A stretch of 64,000 bases of DNA, taken from positions 903,251 through 967,250 of the forward strand of contig OZ246008.1 of assembly GCA_965230525.1 (NCBI GenBank). Reading direction: 5' to 3'. The notes beneath the pieces were generated by a model. The model worked only from the letters and a program-made list of their open reading frames with translations. It was not told the DNA's origin and made no database searches. Positions 36,595-47,092 of the stretch are shown one piece after another (the stretch's first letter is position 1; each line of letters begins with the position of its first letter). The stretch is from Kangiellaceae bacterium (GTDB lineage: Bacteria; Pseudomonadota; Gammaproteobacteria; Enterobacterales; Kangiellaceae). The position numbers were made by a program, and so were the translations under genes.

Positions 36595-37413
36595 ATGTCT
36601 CCACTTATAATTATCGGCTTGGCCGTTGTGGGTTTGATTGGCTATATACTTTTTAAGCCAAGATGGATTGAATCTAAACGCAATCAAATCAAATCGCAGC
36701 CCTTTCCTAAAGAGTGGCGATCCATTCTTAAGCGAAACGTTCCCTTTTTCTATTCAATGCCCGCAGATTTGCAACTTCAACTTAAGCAACACGTTTTAGT
36801 GTTCTTGCAAGAAAAGACGTTCTACGGATTTGAAGGGATTGAAATAAACGATGAAATTAGAGTCACAATCGCAGCACAGGCCTGTTTGTTACTACTTAAT
36901 CGAAAAACTAATTATTACCCCAAGCTGAAATCGATTTACGTTTATCCTGCCGCGTTTATCACTCGACATGCCACTCATGATTCTGCTGGCGTGTTACAGA
37001 ATCAAGCAAGAGTTTTAAGTGGTGAGTCTTGGGAATTAGGTAAAGTGATACTTTCTTGGAAAGACAGCCAGCATGGTGCACAAGTTTTTAACGATGGGCA
37101 CAACGTGGTGATTCACGAATTTGCTCATCAGTTAGATCAAGAGACCGGGATCGCTAACGGCGCGCCCTTCTTGAAACATAAAAACAAACAGTGTTGGTCA
37201 CAGGTTCTATCGAAAGAGTTTGAAGAGTTACAGCGTAAGGCGCAACGAGGCGAGGATTCATTGCTTGATCATTATGGCGCAACAAACCCCGCAGAATTCT
37301 TCGCGGTTGCTAGTGAAGTGTTTTTTGAGCGGCCACAAGCCATGCAGCGACAGCATTCTGCGTTGTACCAGCAATTACAAGGGTTTTATCATATAAACCC
37401 TGCTATTTGGTAA
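36595..37413 (+). CDS. mtfA: M90 zinc metallopeptidase MtfA-like
   Basis: Has an N-terminal TM segment, a HEFAHQLD zinc motif and the ...NPAEFFAVASEVFFERP motif typical of MtfA/DUF980. Confidence 0.8.
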   Translation: MSPLIIIGLAVVGLIGYILFKPRWIESKRNQIKSQPFPKEWRSILKRNVPFFYSMPADLQLQLKQHVLVFLQEKTFYGFEGIEINDEIRVTIAAQACLLLLNRKTNYYPKLKSIYVYPAAFITRHATHDSAGVLQNQARVLSGESWELGKVILSWKDSQHGAQVFNDGHNVVIHEFAHQLDQETGIANGAPFLKHKNKQCWSQVLSKEFEELQRKAQRGEDSLLDHYGATNPAEFFAVASEVFFERPQAMQRQHSALYQQLQGFYHINPAIW

Positions 37414-37550
37414 CCCCTGTTAACATCCGTTCACATTCTGAAATGAATAAAGGTAGAGTTTGTGCGTTGCCTATCGGTAGACTAGTCATCATGCTACAAA
37501 AGATGCATTGACTATTTTTTAATAGCGACAAAGTTTAGAGGGGGCTTTAA

Positions 37551-37940
37551 ATGCAATCATTTTCCATTCCGGTCAAATTAGCGGACAGCTTAGAAGGGTT
37601 TGCGGAGTCTAAAGGGCTGCTAAGCGTAAAAAATGAGATTATCAAAATTCAATTTCAAACCGTCGACGCAATTTTAGGTGTTGTTAAATCGGGGCTTAAT
37701 GAGGTTGAAATTCCACTGTCTCACTTGTTGGAATTAAGTTACAAGAAAAGTCTTTTCGGTAACAAGCTGATCTTAAAAGTCGATGATTTACGCGTAATCG
37801 AAAAGCTTCCCGAATGTAATAATAATGAAGTGGTCCTATCTATCGCACGTAAAGATATTGATGATGCCATTGATTTTGTAAGAGCAATAAAGATGGATAT
37901 TTCTGAAAAGGAATATCAAGAAGCGCTTAAACAAGCTTAA
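37551..37940 (+). CDS. Hypothetical protein
   Basis: 129-aa ORF with GGGG upstream. I recognise no family. Confidence 0.45.
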   Translation: MQSFSIPVKLADSLEGFAESKGLLSVKNEIIKIQFQTVDAILGVVKSGLNEVEIPLSHLLELSYKKSLFGNKLILKVDDLRVIEKLPECNNNEVVLSIARKDIDDAIDFVRAIKMDISEKEYQEALKQA

Positions 37941-37945
37941 TTTCA

Positions 37946-38006
37946 ATCTAAAGACCGACCTTCATAAAGAAGCGAATTAGCTGAGGGTCGGACTGCGCTC
38001 CGCTAC
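37946..38006. repeat. Degenerate inverted pair of REP-like units (family copy 2)
   Basis: ATCTAAAGACCGACCTTCA ... GGGTCGGACTGCGCTCCGCTAC, related to the 46.2 kb pair. Confidence 0.45.
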
Positions 38007-38206
38007 TAATCCAGATCAACCCTGCTTGAGTGCGCTCGTTTTCTACGGAAAGCCATTCCTCATATCAATAAATTTCATCGGGTTTCAAAGACTTACGCAT
38101 AGAATTTAATACGATTATCCGTTACATTAAGCCAGCTAAAAGAATTTATAAGACTCTAGCAGCAGTATTGTCATAACCAATTAAAACGAATCAATGGAGC
38201 TCGCTA

Positions 38207-40171
38207 ATGAAACCGACACGTACATTGTTACTTACGGGGTCGCTACTGACCTTACTAGTCAGCGGCTGTAAGCCTTCGGAGCAAGATGCTTCGTCCGCAA
38301 CTGAAAAAGTCGCTGAAGTAGCCAAACAAGCTGTACCAACCCAAGAAAAGCAGGTGTCTGTACCGTTTAAAGAGTATTCGGCTGAAGATTTCTTTAAAAC
38401 TACCACGGTATTTGGCTCTTCAATAAACCATGATGCCACCGCAGTTCTGGTGACAAGCGACCAAACTGGGGTTTTTAATGCTTACAAATATCCACTTGAC
38501 GGAAGTCCTACAACGCAACTAACTGACTCAAAAACTGATGCAATATACGGCGTTAGTTGGTTCCCAAAAGATGAGCGAATTCTTTACACCTCAGACCAAG
38601 GCGGTAATGAATTAAATCACCTATTTGTTAGAGAAATCGATGGTACTACCAAAGATCTAACGCCTGGAGAGAATCTTAAGGCTAGTTTTTACGGCTGGTT
38701 AGAGGACGACAGCGGCTTTTTTGTCGCGACAAATGAAAGGGATCCCAAAGCCTTTGACCTTTACCGCTACTCAATTAAAGATTATCAACGAGAGATGGTT
38801 TATAAAAATACTGACAACCTCTCGCTTGATACGGTCAGCCCTAATGGTCAATGGTTAGTACTCAATCGAAACATAAGTAATGCAGATTCTAATCTATATT
38901 TGATAGATCTTTATAGTAAAGAAAAATCGCCAGAACTTATTACCGAGCACACTGGAAATGTAAGTCACAATGCTTACACTTTTACGCCAGATAGCCAGCA
39001 GCTGATTTATGCCACCAATGAATTTGGAGAGTTTAATCAAGCGTGGAGCTTAAAGCTTGCCGATAAGTCTAAATCAATGTTTTACCAAGCTAACTGGGAT
39101 GTATCCTTTGTTTATTTTTCTGATGATGGAAAATATAGGGTTGTTGGAATTAATGACGACGGGCAAACACGAATTGATATTGCGGAAGTTGCCACCGGTA
39201 AAAGTATTTCACTGCCTAAATTACCAGCCGGTGATCTAAGAGGGGTTAATTTTTCTGATGATAGTCAACGCATGGTTTTCTATATTAACTCTGATACATC
39301 GCCATCCAATCTTTATAGCTACCAAATTGGTTCAAACTCGGCAAAACGTTTGACCTCTTCTTTAAATCCAGAAATGGATGAGTCTCATCTAGTCGCTAGT
39401 GAAGTGAGACGTTTTAAAAGTTTTGATGGCTTGGAAATTCCCGGCATTTTGTATAAACCAAAACAAGCGAACGCGGACGCTAAAGTACCAGCATTAGTTT
39501 GGGTTCATGGTGGGCCTGGAGGACAATCTCGTAAAGGTTATCGCGCAGCTATTCAACACTTAGTCAATCAAGGTTACGCCATTTTTGCCGTCAATAATCG
39601 CGGTTCGTCGGGTTACGGTAAAACATTTTTTCATCTTGATGATAAAAAGCACGGTGAAGATGATTTGCAAGATATTGTCTATGGCAAAAAGTATCTACAA
39701 ACTTTAAATTGGGTTAATCCAGAAAAAATTGGCATTATCGGTGGTAGCTACGGCGGCTACATGACTATGGCGGGAATGGCGTTTACCGATGAGTTTGAAG
39801 TTGGTATTAATATATTTGGTGTTACTAACTGGAAAAGAACACTAGAAAGCATACCACCTTGGTGGGAAGCATTTAAAAAAGCCTTGTATGATGAAATGGG
39901 TGACCCCGCAACTGATTCCGATCGACATTATGCAATTTCTCCTTTATTTCATGCCGATAAAATAAAAAATCCGGTTTTAATCGTTCAAGGGGCTAACGAC
40001 CCACGGGTTCTTCAAGTCGAAAGCGACGAAATGGTTGAAGCAATCCGTAAAAATGGAGTCGAGGTAGAGTATGTTCTATTTCCAGATGAAGGCCATGGTT
40101 TCCGTAAGAAAGTTAATCGAATTACGGCCTCTAAAGCCTACGTTGAGTTTTTAGATAAGCATCTAAAATAG
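38207..40171 (+). CDS. S9-family serine peptidase (prolyl oligopeptidase/dipeptidyl peptidase type), lipoprotein
   Basis: Has the lipobox LLVSGC, an N-terminal beta-propeller-like region, and a C-terminal alpha/beta hydrolase with GGSYGGYM (GxSxG), GANDPRV and DEGHGF. Confidence 0.9.
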   Translation: MKPTRTLLLTGSLLTLLVSGCKPSEQDASSATEKVAEVAKQAVPTQEKQVSVPFKEYSAEDFFKTTTVFGSSINHDATAVLVTSDQTGVFNAYKYPLDGSPTTQLTDSKTDAIYGVSWFPKDERILYTSDQGGNELNHLFVREIDGTTKDLTPGENLKASFYGWLEDDSGFFVATNERDPKAFDLYRYSIKDYQREMVYKNTDNLSLDTVSPNGQWLVLNRNISNADSNLYLIDLYSKEKSPELITEHTGNVSHNAYTFTPDSQQLIYATNEFGEFNQAWSLKLADKSKSMFYQANWDVSFVYFSDDGKYRVVGINDDGQTRIDIAEVATGKSISLPKLPAGDLRGVNFSDDSQRMVFYINSDTSPSNLYSYQIGSNSAKRLTSSLNPEMDESHLVASEVRRFKSFDGLEIPGILYKPKQANADAKVPALVWVHGGPGGQSRKGYRAAIQHLVNQGYAIFAVNNRGSSGYGKTFFHLDDKKHGEDDLQDIVYGKKYLQTLNWVNPEKIGIIGGSYGGYMTMAGMAFTDEFEVGINIFGVTNWKRTLESIPPWWEAFKKALYDEMGDPATDSDRHYAISPLFHADKIKNPVLIVQGANDPRVLQVESDEMVEAIRKNGVEVEYVLFPDEGHGFRKKVNRITASKAYVEFLDKHLK

Positions 40172-40244
40172 TTCTTATGACTGCTAGCGCAATTTAAATG
40201 CGTTAGTAGTCAACTCCTCCTTAATCAATACAATAAAGGTTGCC

Positions 40245-41933
40245 ATGAATATCCTCACAAAAAGTTCCATAAAACAATCAATAAAACTTTTATTCACTTT
40301 AATCTTTCTGACGGGAGCCAATTACAGCTTAGCAATCTCCAATGATTATCAAGGCCTGACCGAATTGTTTAAGCAATGGCGTGCCTTTGAAGTGCCACCG
40401 CTTTATAAGGGTGCACCGGATTATCGTCAACAGACCTTTAACAAACGATACAAAGAGTTTGAGGCAATTCGCGCTAAACTTTTAGCAATTGATAAGAAAA
40501 GTTGGCCAATTAATCATAAAGTAGACTGGTTTATCTTGTGGGCCGAGCTAAATGGTTATGAGTTCAACCACAAAGTTTTAAAACCATGGCAACGAGACCC
40601 AGCGTTTTATAAATCAGTTTGGACTTATCGAAGTGATGTACCTGCACATGAAGGACCTACTCATCACGGCGTAACAGAACTATGGACCTACCAATTTCCA
40701 CTCTCGGCAAAAGAACAAAAGCGATTGATATCCGATTTAGAAAAAATCGCTCCTATTAACGAACAAGCCAAAACAAATTTGACAGGAAACGCGGCAGAGT
40801 TATGGCAAGCAGGCATTCGTGATATTCGAACTCAAGTTCAAGTTCTCAAACAACTTAAAAACAAAATTTCTAATTTGGATAACAAAAAGCTTCATAAGCT
40901 GGTGGATGACGCCACAAAATCGAGTGAAGACTTTGCTGCTTGGTTGAGCAAAGAGTCAGTTAACAAAACCGGTCCCTCGGGCATAGGACAGCAATATTAC
41001 ACTTGGTATATGAACAATGTTCATTTAGTACCTTTAAATTGGCAAGAAGAAGTCACCATACTAAAACGAGAGCTTGATCGCTCATGGTCAACACTTAAAC
41101 TGGAAGAGCATCGCAATCGAAAATTACCAGAGTTGATCCCTGCTGCTAATGAAGCTGAGTACAATGCGCTAGCTAAGCGCTCTGCAAAGAACTTTATCGC
41201 TTTTTTACGCGACCAAGAAATTGTCACAGTAGCTGATTACTTTGAGCCCGCTCTTAATGAACATTTAGGTCAGTTTGTACCAGCCAATAAGCGAAACTTT
41301 TTCTGGATTGGTGCACATCTCGACCCAACCCCACTCTATTCCCATTTTTACCATTGGTTTGAGTTGGCTCGCATGGATAATACCCCTCATAAAAGCCCAA
41401 TTCGACGCGAAGCATTACTCTATAACATTTTTGATAGTCGCAATGAAGGCACAGCAACCGCGGTAGAGGAAATGTTTATGCATGCTGGACTTTATGATGA
41501 CAATCCGCGAGTGAGAGAAATTGTTTGGATAATGATCGCACAACGCGCCGCGCGTGGGCTAGGTTCGTTATACGCTCACGCAAATCAAATGACCATGGAA
41601 CAAGCCGGTCAAATTCATGCTGACAATACACCCCGTGGCTGGATGAAAGTCGAGCAAGACCTGCTTATTTTTGAACAACACTTGTACATGAGACAGCCCG
41701 GTTATGGTACTAGCTATATCACCGGAAAATATCTACTTGAAAGAACAATGGCTGATTACGCTATCCAACTTGAAGCTCAAGGGAAAGAATTTCATTTAAG
41801 AGAATTTTTTGACCGGTTGAATTCAATAGGCAGTATTCCCATTGCCCTAGGTCGCTGGGAAATGACTGGGCTAGACGATGAAATAAAATCAATTGTGGAG
41901 CGTTATAAGAAATTGGACAGTTTGATCAAGTAA
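40245..41933 (+). CDS. Secreted DUF885-like protein
   Basis: Has a signal peptide. The C-terminal region [16 protein letters not shown]...[23 protein letters not shown] resembles the DUF885 C-terminus. Confidence 0.5.
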   Translation: MNILTKSSIKQSIKLLFTLIFLTGANYSLAISNDYQGLTELFKQWRAFEVPPLYKGAPDYRQQTFNKRYKEFEAIRAKLLAIDKKSWPINHKVDWFILWAELNGYEFNHKVLKPWQRDPAFYKSVWTYRSDVPAHEGPTHHGVTELWTYQFPLSAKEQKRLISDLEKIAPINEQAKTNLTGNAAELWQAGIRDIRTQVQVLKQLKNKISNLDNKKLHKLVDDATKSSEDFAAWLSKESVNKTGPSGIGQQYYTWYMNNVHLVPLNWQEEVTILKRELDRSWSTLKLEEHRNRKLPELIPAANEAEYNALAKRSAKNFIAFLRDQEIVTVADYFEPALNEHLGQFVPANKRNFFWIGAHLDPTPLYSHFYHWFELARMDNTPHKSPIRREALLYNIFDSRNEGTATAVEEMFMHAGLYDDNPRVREIVWIMIAQRAARGLGSLYAHANQMTMEQAGQIHADNTPRGWMKVEQDLLIFEQHLYMRQPGYGTSYITGKYLLERTMADYAIQLEAQGKEFHLREFFDRLNSIGSIPIALGRWEMTGLDDEIKSIVERYKKLDSLIK

Positions 41934-42017
41934 AATAATCTTCAATAAAACAGCTTGAATCAAGACAGTCTTTCATTGCAAATGCTTAAACAAAAATTAT
42001 TATTTAGGGAAAAAAAT

Positions 42018-42413
42018 ATGATAAAAAAAATTTCGTCTCACACAGTAGGATTATTTTTAATCGGATCTATCATAGCATGTAACAGCCACGAAGGTGAGTT
42101 AGATGGTGTGTGGGTATCGAGTAAGAGCCATACTCTTGAAAATGTTTCTAAGAGTATGACTCTTAGCGATAAACATAAAGCCATCCTTGGAAATCTAGTT
42201 GGTAAAATGACGCATAGAATAAAGGGGAATGTTTGGACTTCAACCTATGATGGTATTCAATCAGATTCCACTTTTACTATAACCTCTAAAAATGAAAACT
42301 GCTATGAATTGCTAATTGAAAGTAACAAAACCGTTCAAGCGTGTTTGTACGATGACCAACTGCACCTTCCTTCGGGAATAGCAAACGTTCAAGAGGTTTT
42401 CATAAAGCAATAA
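42018..42413 (+). CDS. Hypothetical lipoprotein
   Basis: The ATG at 42018 gives MIKKISSHTVGLFLIGSIIAC (lipobox). Confidence 0.5.
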   Translation: MIKKISSHTVGLFLIGSIIACNSHEGELDGVWVSSKSHTLENVSKSMTLSDKHKAILGNLVGKMTHRIKGNVWTSTYDGIQSDSTFTITSKNENCYELLIESNKTVQACLYDDQLHLPSGIANVQEVFIKQ

Positions 42414-42437
42414 TCAAAGACGCGTTAATTTTTAAAG

Positions 42438-42523
42438 TAGATCGGACTTCAGCACGTCGATGAGCTCTGGGGCTTCCCGGAAATATCGATTTTCGAAATT
42501 GAGTCCAGTGTCGGTCTAAAGGG
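42438..42523. repeat. REP/MITE-like element (family copy 3)
   Basis: GTAGATCGGACTTCAGCACGTCG..TGGGGCTTCCCGGAAAT ... TCGGTCTAAAGGG, lying between convergent genes. Confidence 0.5.
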
Positions 42524-42533
42524 TTTGATTTTC

Positions 42534-44021
42534 CTACCTTATATTTGACCCATTATTTCTCAAAAAATCCACAATAATCGCTAAACCCTGTTGCATTTGT
42601 TTTGTCTCCATTGCCGCAAACCCTAACCGCACAAAGCGATTTTGACTTTTTTCTTTATCTAAATGAAATTGATGTTCAGTTTGTAAATAGATGTCATTGG
42701 CTAAGCAATATTTTTCAAGCGCTGTCGCATTATTTTTAATGTCCAACCAAATTGCCATGCCGCCCGCTGGAAGTTGGTAATTGAGTTCAATACCTTCATC
42801 AATATATTGATCCAAGGCATTCACCAGTGCTGCCCTTCGTTGTTGGTAAGTTTTTGTCATTCTCCTTAAATGTCTTTCGAATGCGCCATCTTTCATCCAT
42901 AGTGCGATTGATTCTTGAACTAAATTATTGGGTTTGTGATTGATCACTGCTCGATAATTTAATAACGCAGGCACTAACGAAGGGTCGACAGCCATACAAC
43001 CGATACGGCTCCCCGGAAACATAATTTTTGAAAAGGAAGCCAGATAAATCACTTGTCCGTTCGGGTCACTTGCAGCCATAGGTGCCAACGGCTGACTGTC
43101 GTAATGGAACTCATGGTCATAATCGTCCTCTACAATAATCACACCAAACTCTGTTGCTAGATTATAAATAGCCATTCGTTCTTCGATTGGCAGGGTGATG
43201 GTGGTTGGATATTGATGAAGTGGGGTCAAATATATAAGCTTTACTTTTTTGCGGACAATGAGCTTTCTTAAATGCTCGACATCGATTCCTGTTGGGTGCT
43301 GCTTGATGGCAACCAACTCGGCACCGGCACTTTTAAATGCATTCCAAGCTGGTCGATAACCAAGTGGTTCAACCGCTACGCGATCACCAGTGTTAAGTAG
43401 TAGTTGCGCAACCAGAAAGAGAGCTTCTTGCGTGCCGTTTACCGCTATAATTTCTTTATCCGTGATTGAGCGAATTCTTCTAAGGTAAGTTTCTAGTTGT
43501 TGAATAAATGACTCTGACCCCTGATTATTACCATAGCCTAAGGAATCAATATTTGGCCGCAGTAAACTTTGATTCATATAATATTTAAATTCCTTGAATG
43601 AAAATAAATTCAAGTCTGGCATGCCACCCGCAAAATTATACCGAAACGCGCTCGTTGGTTTGTTGATTAACAGGGTTTCGAATGCCTTTTTAGTGGGCCA
43701 ATTAAACCGAGTTTGGGGTTTATCTTTGACTGCGCTTGCTTGGCTTGAATCAATTGGCAAAAAAGATACGACGCGGTAATGCTTTCGTTCAATAGATTCT
43801 AGCCAACCTTGGGCGATAAGTTCTTGATAGGCAGACATTACAGTATGGCGATTGATGTCCAAAGTTCTAGCCAGCTCGCGAGCTGAGGGTAAAGGCTCCT
43901 TAGGTTTAAGTTGTCCAGTTTTAATGGCGGTACGTATCGCTGAGGCGATTTTTAAATAGAGCGAAGCAATGCTGTGGTCGAGCTCCAATATTAACCGACT
44001 CATAACGCTGGTATAGTCCAA
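42534..44021 (-). CDS. MocR-family regulator (GntR wHTH fused to fold-type I aminotransferase-like domain)
   Basis: The N-terminus has LPSARELARTLDINRHTVMSAYQELIAQGW. The C-terminus is a PLP-aminotransferase-like domain (SFSKIMFPGSRIG). The start is TTG at 44021 or ATG at 44003. Confidence 0.85.
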   Translation of the reverse strand: MDYTSVMSRLILELDHSIASLYLKIASAIRTAIKTGQLKPKEPLPSARELARTLDINRHTVMSAYQELIAQGWLESIERKHYRVVSFLPIDSSQASAVKDKPQTRFNWPTKKAFETLLINKPTSAFRYNFAGGMPDLNLFSFKEFKYYMNQSLLRPNIDSLGYGNNQGSESFIQQLETYLRRIRSITDKEIIAVNGTQEALFLVAQLLLNTGDRVAVEPLGYRPAWNAFKSAGAELVAIKQHPTGIDVEHLRKLIVRKKVKLIYLTPLHQYPTTITLPIEERMAIYNLATEFGVIIVEDDYDHEFHYDSQPLAPMAASDPNGQVIYLASFSKIMFPGSRIGCMAVDPSLVPALLNYRAVINHKPNNLVQESIALWMKDGAFERHLRRMTKTYQQRRAALVNALDQYIDEGIELNYQLPAGGMAIWLDIKNNATALEKYCLANDIYLQTEHQFHLDKEKSQNRFVRLGFAAMETKQMQQGLAIIVDFLRNNGSNIR

Positions 44022-44156
44022 TAGTTTAATCTGGTTGTTTCAATTATACCAAAAAGCTGGAGAATAGGCATTTCTATCACCATAAAGCGGCCATTCTCAA
44101 ACAATAGCGAGAGTTTAGTGACTCTTCTTGAGAAGGATTTGAGTAGGAGTTGACTT

Positions 44157-44768
44157 ATGCTATCGCGACCAAGCTTTAACCCCCAGCCAATCGAGCTATC
44201 TACCAACAAAGTGAAACTCAGGCCGCTGACAATTGACGATACAGAGGCTTTTTATCACGCAGGCAATGACCCTCAACTTTGGTTATGGGTAGTGCCAAAT
44301 CACTGCTTATCTAAAGAGTCGGCGAAACGTTGGATCCAAGAATCACTCGACCAACAGCAACAAGGAAATCATGTACCGTTTGTTATTATTGATCAATTAT
44401 CTGGTGAACTGGTTGGTTCAACTCGCTATTGCTCAATTCGCAAACAAGACAGAGGACTAGAAATAGGCTTTACTTTCATTGCTCCAAGCCATCAGCGAAC
44501 TCATGTGAATACCCATGCAAAATTCCTATTACTTGAGCACGCATTTGAAGCGCTTGGTGCGGTAAGAGTAGAGTTTAAAACGCATGAAAAGAACCAAAAA
44601 TCGAGAAATGCAATTCAACGAATTGGCGCAACTTTTGAAGGGATCTTAAGAAACTTAAGAATCTTACCTGATGGTAGTTTAAGAAATACGGCGATTTTTA
44701 GTATAACCGAACAGCAATGGCCAAGAATAAAAAGAACTTTGCAAAACCAAATCACCACCCGAGACTAG
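44157..44768 (+). CDS. GNAT-family N-acetyltransferase (RimJ/RimL-like)
   Basis: AGGAG precedes the ATG. It has the typical layout LRPLTIDD...LEIGFTF..PSHQRT..N....LLLEHAFE.LGA.RVEFKT...N..S..A..R.GA..EG. Confidence 0.8.
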   Translation: MLSRPSFNPQPIELSTNKVKLRPLTIDDTEAFYHAGNDPQLWLWVVPNHCLSKESAKRWIQESLDQQQQGNHVPFVIIDQLSGELVGSTRYCSIRKQDRGLEIGFTFIAPSHQRTHVNTHAKFLLLEHAFEALGAVRVEFKTHEKNQKSRNAIQRIGATFEGILRNLRILPDGSLRNTAIFSITEQQWPRIKRTLQNQITTRD

Positions 44769-44779
44769 GAGCAAATCGT

Positions 44780-45412
44780 ATGTATGTACCAAACAGTCTA
44801 AGAATGGAACCAGCTAGCCAAATCGAGCAATTTATTCATGCTCACGGATTTGGCATTGTGGTTTCGCAATCCCTTCAAGCCAGTCATTTGCCCTTTTTGT
44901 TTGACTCTCAGGTTGGCAAGCACGGAGAGCTTTATAGCCATCTAGCAAAAGCTAATCCCCAATCGCAACAACTTGATGGTCAACCAGTTTTGATCATCTT
45001 TAATGGGCCTCACAGTTATATTTCGCCAACTTGGTATGAAAGTGGTCCTGCGGTTCCTACGTGGAATTATGCAGCGGTTCATATTTACGGAAAAATTGAA
45101 ATTCTCGACGATAGTCATACATTACATATCGTTCAAGAAACAGTGAAAAAGTATGAAGCAGAATTGTTAAATGACCAAAGTGTTATGCCTGTCGATTATC
45201 AACAAAAACTCTGCAAGGCTATCACCTCCTTCAAAGTGACAATATCACGCATTGAAGCAAAACATAAACTTGGTCAGCAGCGAAGAATAGCAGATCAAAT
45301 GGGTGTTTACATTGCCCTAAAGAATTCATCCGATCTTGATGCCAAGCAATTGGCAGATTATATGCTTCAAACTGGCGTTGGGTGTGGTAAGAATGAAGGG
45401 AACAGTGATTGA
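44780..45412 (+). CDS. PaiB-family FMN-binding protein
   Basis: The ATG at 44780 follows AGGAG. Contains GPHSYISPTWY...VPTWNYAAVH..G and AKHKLGQ motifs. Confidence 0.75.
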   Translation: MYVPNSLRMEPASQIEQFIHAHGFGIVVSQSLQASHLPFLFDSQVGKHGELYSHLAKANPQSQQLDGQPVLIIFNGPHSYISPTWYESGPAVPTWNYAAVHIYGKIEILDDSHTLHIVQETVKKYEAELLNDQSVMPVDYQQKLCKAITSFKVTISRIEAKHKLGQQRRIADQMGVYIALKNSSDLDAKQLADYMLQTGVGCGKNEGNSD

Positions 45413-45442
45413 AAATAAATTTCAAAATATGGGAGAAATATT

Positions 45443-46120
45443 TTGCTAGATAATTCAATTTTAGCTTTTATTATTATGGTTTCCTTAATGGTGATGTCGC
45501 CCGGTCCAAATGGCGCATTAATCTTAAAGAATGTATCCACAGCTGGTAAACAACATGGTTATGTCAATGTACTAGGAATTGTTGTCGCTTTTTATTTGCA
45601 TGGGCTTTTGTCGGCATTAGGCGTTTCCGCCATTATCGTTTCTTCAGCAGAATTATTCTTGGTTATTAAAATTCTAGGCGCAATTTATCTTGCTTACCTA
45701 GGTGGAAAGGCAATTTTGAATGCGATAAATAGCATGGCCACTGGACATTCGGTTGATGAAAACCTCGAGCGAAAAGTCCATGATTTGAATAGTCAGCACC
45801 GAGTAAACTTATTATCGCCACGAAGATATAGGACCAGTTTTTTCGAGGGTCTATTAACCAACCTATTAAACCCTAAAGTTTCAATATTTTATCTTGCGGC
45901 ATTTCCACAATTTATGGAGACAAAACAGGACGCATTGTTGAGCGCGGCTGGATTAGTTACAATTCACGCCTTAATTGCACTGTTATGGTTTAGTATGATG
46001 GTCAAATTCATCGCCAAGTCTAAACAAGCGATTGCCAACCAAACTTTGCAAAGAATTTTACAAACCGCCGTTGGTGGCTTTTTACTTTGGTTTAGCTATA
46101 GGGTTGCGACTTCAAAATAG
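45443..46120 (+). CDS. LysE/RhtB-family amino-acid exporter
   Basis: Has an N-terminal ...MSPGPNG... motif and a 6-TM profile. It is the last gene of the unit divergent from the MocR regulator. Confidence 0.75.
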   Translation: MLDNSILAFIIMVSLMVMSPGPNGALILKNVSTAGKQHGYVNVLGIVVAFYLHGLLSALGVSAIIVSSAELFLVIKILGAIYLAYLGGKAILNAINSMATGHSVDENLERKVHDLNSQHRVNLLSPRRYRTSFFEGLLTNLLNPKVSIFYLAAFPQFMETKQDALLSAAGLVTIHALIALLWFSMMVKFIAKSKQAIANQTLQRILQTAVGGFLLWFSYRVATSK

Positions 46121-46159
46121 TCCAATTAGTCGTGGTAGATTCTAGTTCAGTCTTTTATT

Positions 46160-46296
46160 GAGTCTAGGGGCTTTCCCAAACATCGCGTTTAAGGTTAGTT
46201 CCATTATCGGTCTAAAGACCGACCTACAAAGATAGAATTCACCCCTTTAGGTCGGACTTCAGTCCGTCGCTGAAGGTTGGGGCTTCCCTGAAATCC
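46160..46296. repeat. REP/MITE-like element with inverted unit pair (family copy 4, best preserved)
   Basis: GGGGCTTTCCCAAACATCG ... CGGTCTAAAGACCGACCTACA ... TAGGTCGGACTTCAGTCCGTC..GGGGCTTCCCTGAAAT, lying between convergent genes. Confidence 0.6.
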
Positions 46297-46336
46297 TGTG
46301 TCATTAAAACGTTAATTAATTTAAAACCAACGGCAA

Positions 46337-47023
46337 CTAAATCTTGCTTGATTGTTCCTCTACAGCGTGAACCAATTCATCGGGAATTTGTAATCCTCTT
46401 GCTAACAAATTGAGGTAGGCTCTGCCGTTATCTAGCTCGCTGTCTATGGCAAAATGTGAAGCGGTATAAACTTCTAATGCGAGTTGAGGGCAATCGCATT
46501 GTTCAATCACTTGTTCCAGTTTCATTGGAGAAGACATTTCTGATAACAGCATATTTTTTTCTTCTAGGGACAAGCCAATTTGGTCAGCTTTGCTCAATAT
46601 TTTTTGATACTCTGTGGCGTCCACATGACCATCGGCCATGGCGGCTGCGACCATTGTTTTAAGTACAAATTGTGCTTGCTGCTCGGCTTGGTCGCCACCT
46701 TCTAAATTTCTAAAATTGCTCGCTTGAAGTCCCTGCCAACTCGGGGTTTGCGTTAATTTTTTGGTTAAGTCTGATTGGCTAGAGCTTTGCTGATTAGTTT
46801 GTTGGGTGTTAGTGGCATATTGCTTGTAAGCTTTCCAAGCAATCGCTCCGACTGCTGCAACGCCACCATACTTTAATAATTTCGCAGCACCCTTACGCCC
46901 TTTTTTACTTGTCAGTAAATTGGTTGTGGCACCGCCAGCGACGCCACCCAAAAATCCCTTAGCAGCGGAGCTAGAAGTCAAATTTCTTAAAACATTATTT
47001 ACATCAATCATATTAAAGTCCAA
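46337..47023 (-). CDS. DUF533 / TerB-like (YebE-like) membrane protein
   Basis: Has a Gly-rich N-terminus with a TM segment (GGVAAVGAIAWKAY), a Q-rich linker and a C-terminal TerB-like domain (MVAAAMADGHVD..E). Confidence 0.65.
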   Translation of the reverse strand: MDFNMIDVNNVLRNLTSSSAAKGFLGGVAGGATTNLLTSKKGRKGAAKLLKYGGVAAVGAIAWKAYKQYATNTQQTNQQSSSQSDLTKKLTQTPSWQGLQASNFRNLEGGDQAEQQAQFVLKTMVAAAMADGHVDATEYQKILSKADQIGLSLEEKNMLLSEMSSPMKLEQVIEQCDCPQLALEVYTASHFAIDSELDNGRAYLNLLARGLQIPDELVHAVEEQSSKI

Positions 47024-47092
47024 GCGTTGATAGACAGTCTAATTCATTCCATTTTGAACGGATTAAGTATTCGCTAACTAAACATTTAGTGA

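Noticed and set aside
36595-37413. MtfA-like HExxH peptidase as a component of the island (a second metalloprotease next to the array).
   Set aside because: It belongs to a widely conserved housekeeping family (M90/MtfA). It has its own upstream region after a convergent gene and looks like the chromosomal flank rather than cargo.
44009-44051. 7-bp inverted repeat TGGTATA...TATACCA in the MocR / GNAT divergent region as a MocR operator.
   Set aside because: It is too short to distinguish from chance in AT-rich DNA. One arm falls inside the MocR ORF if the TTG start is used.
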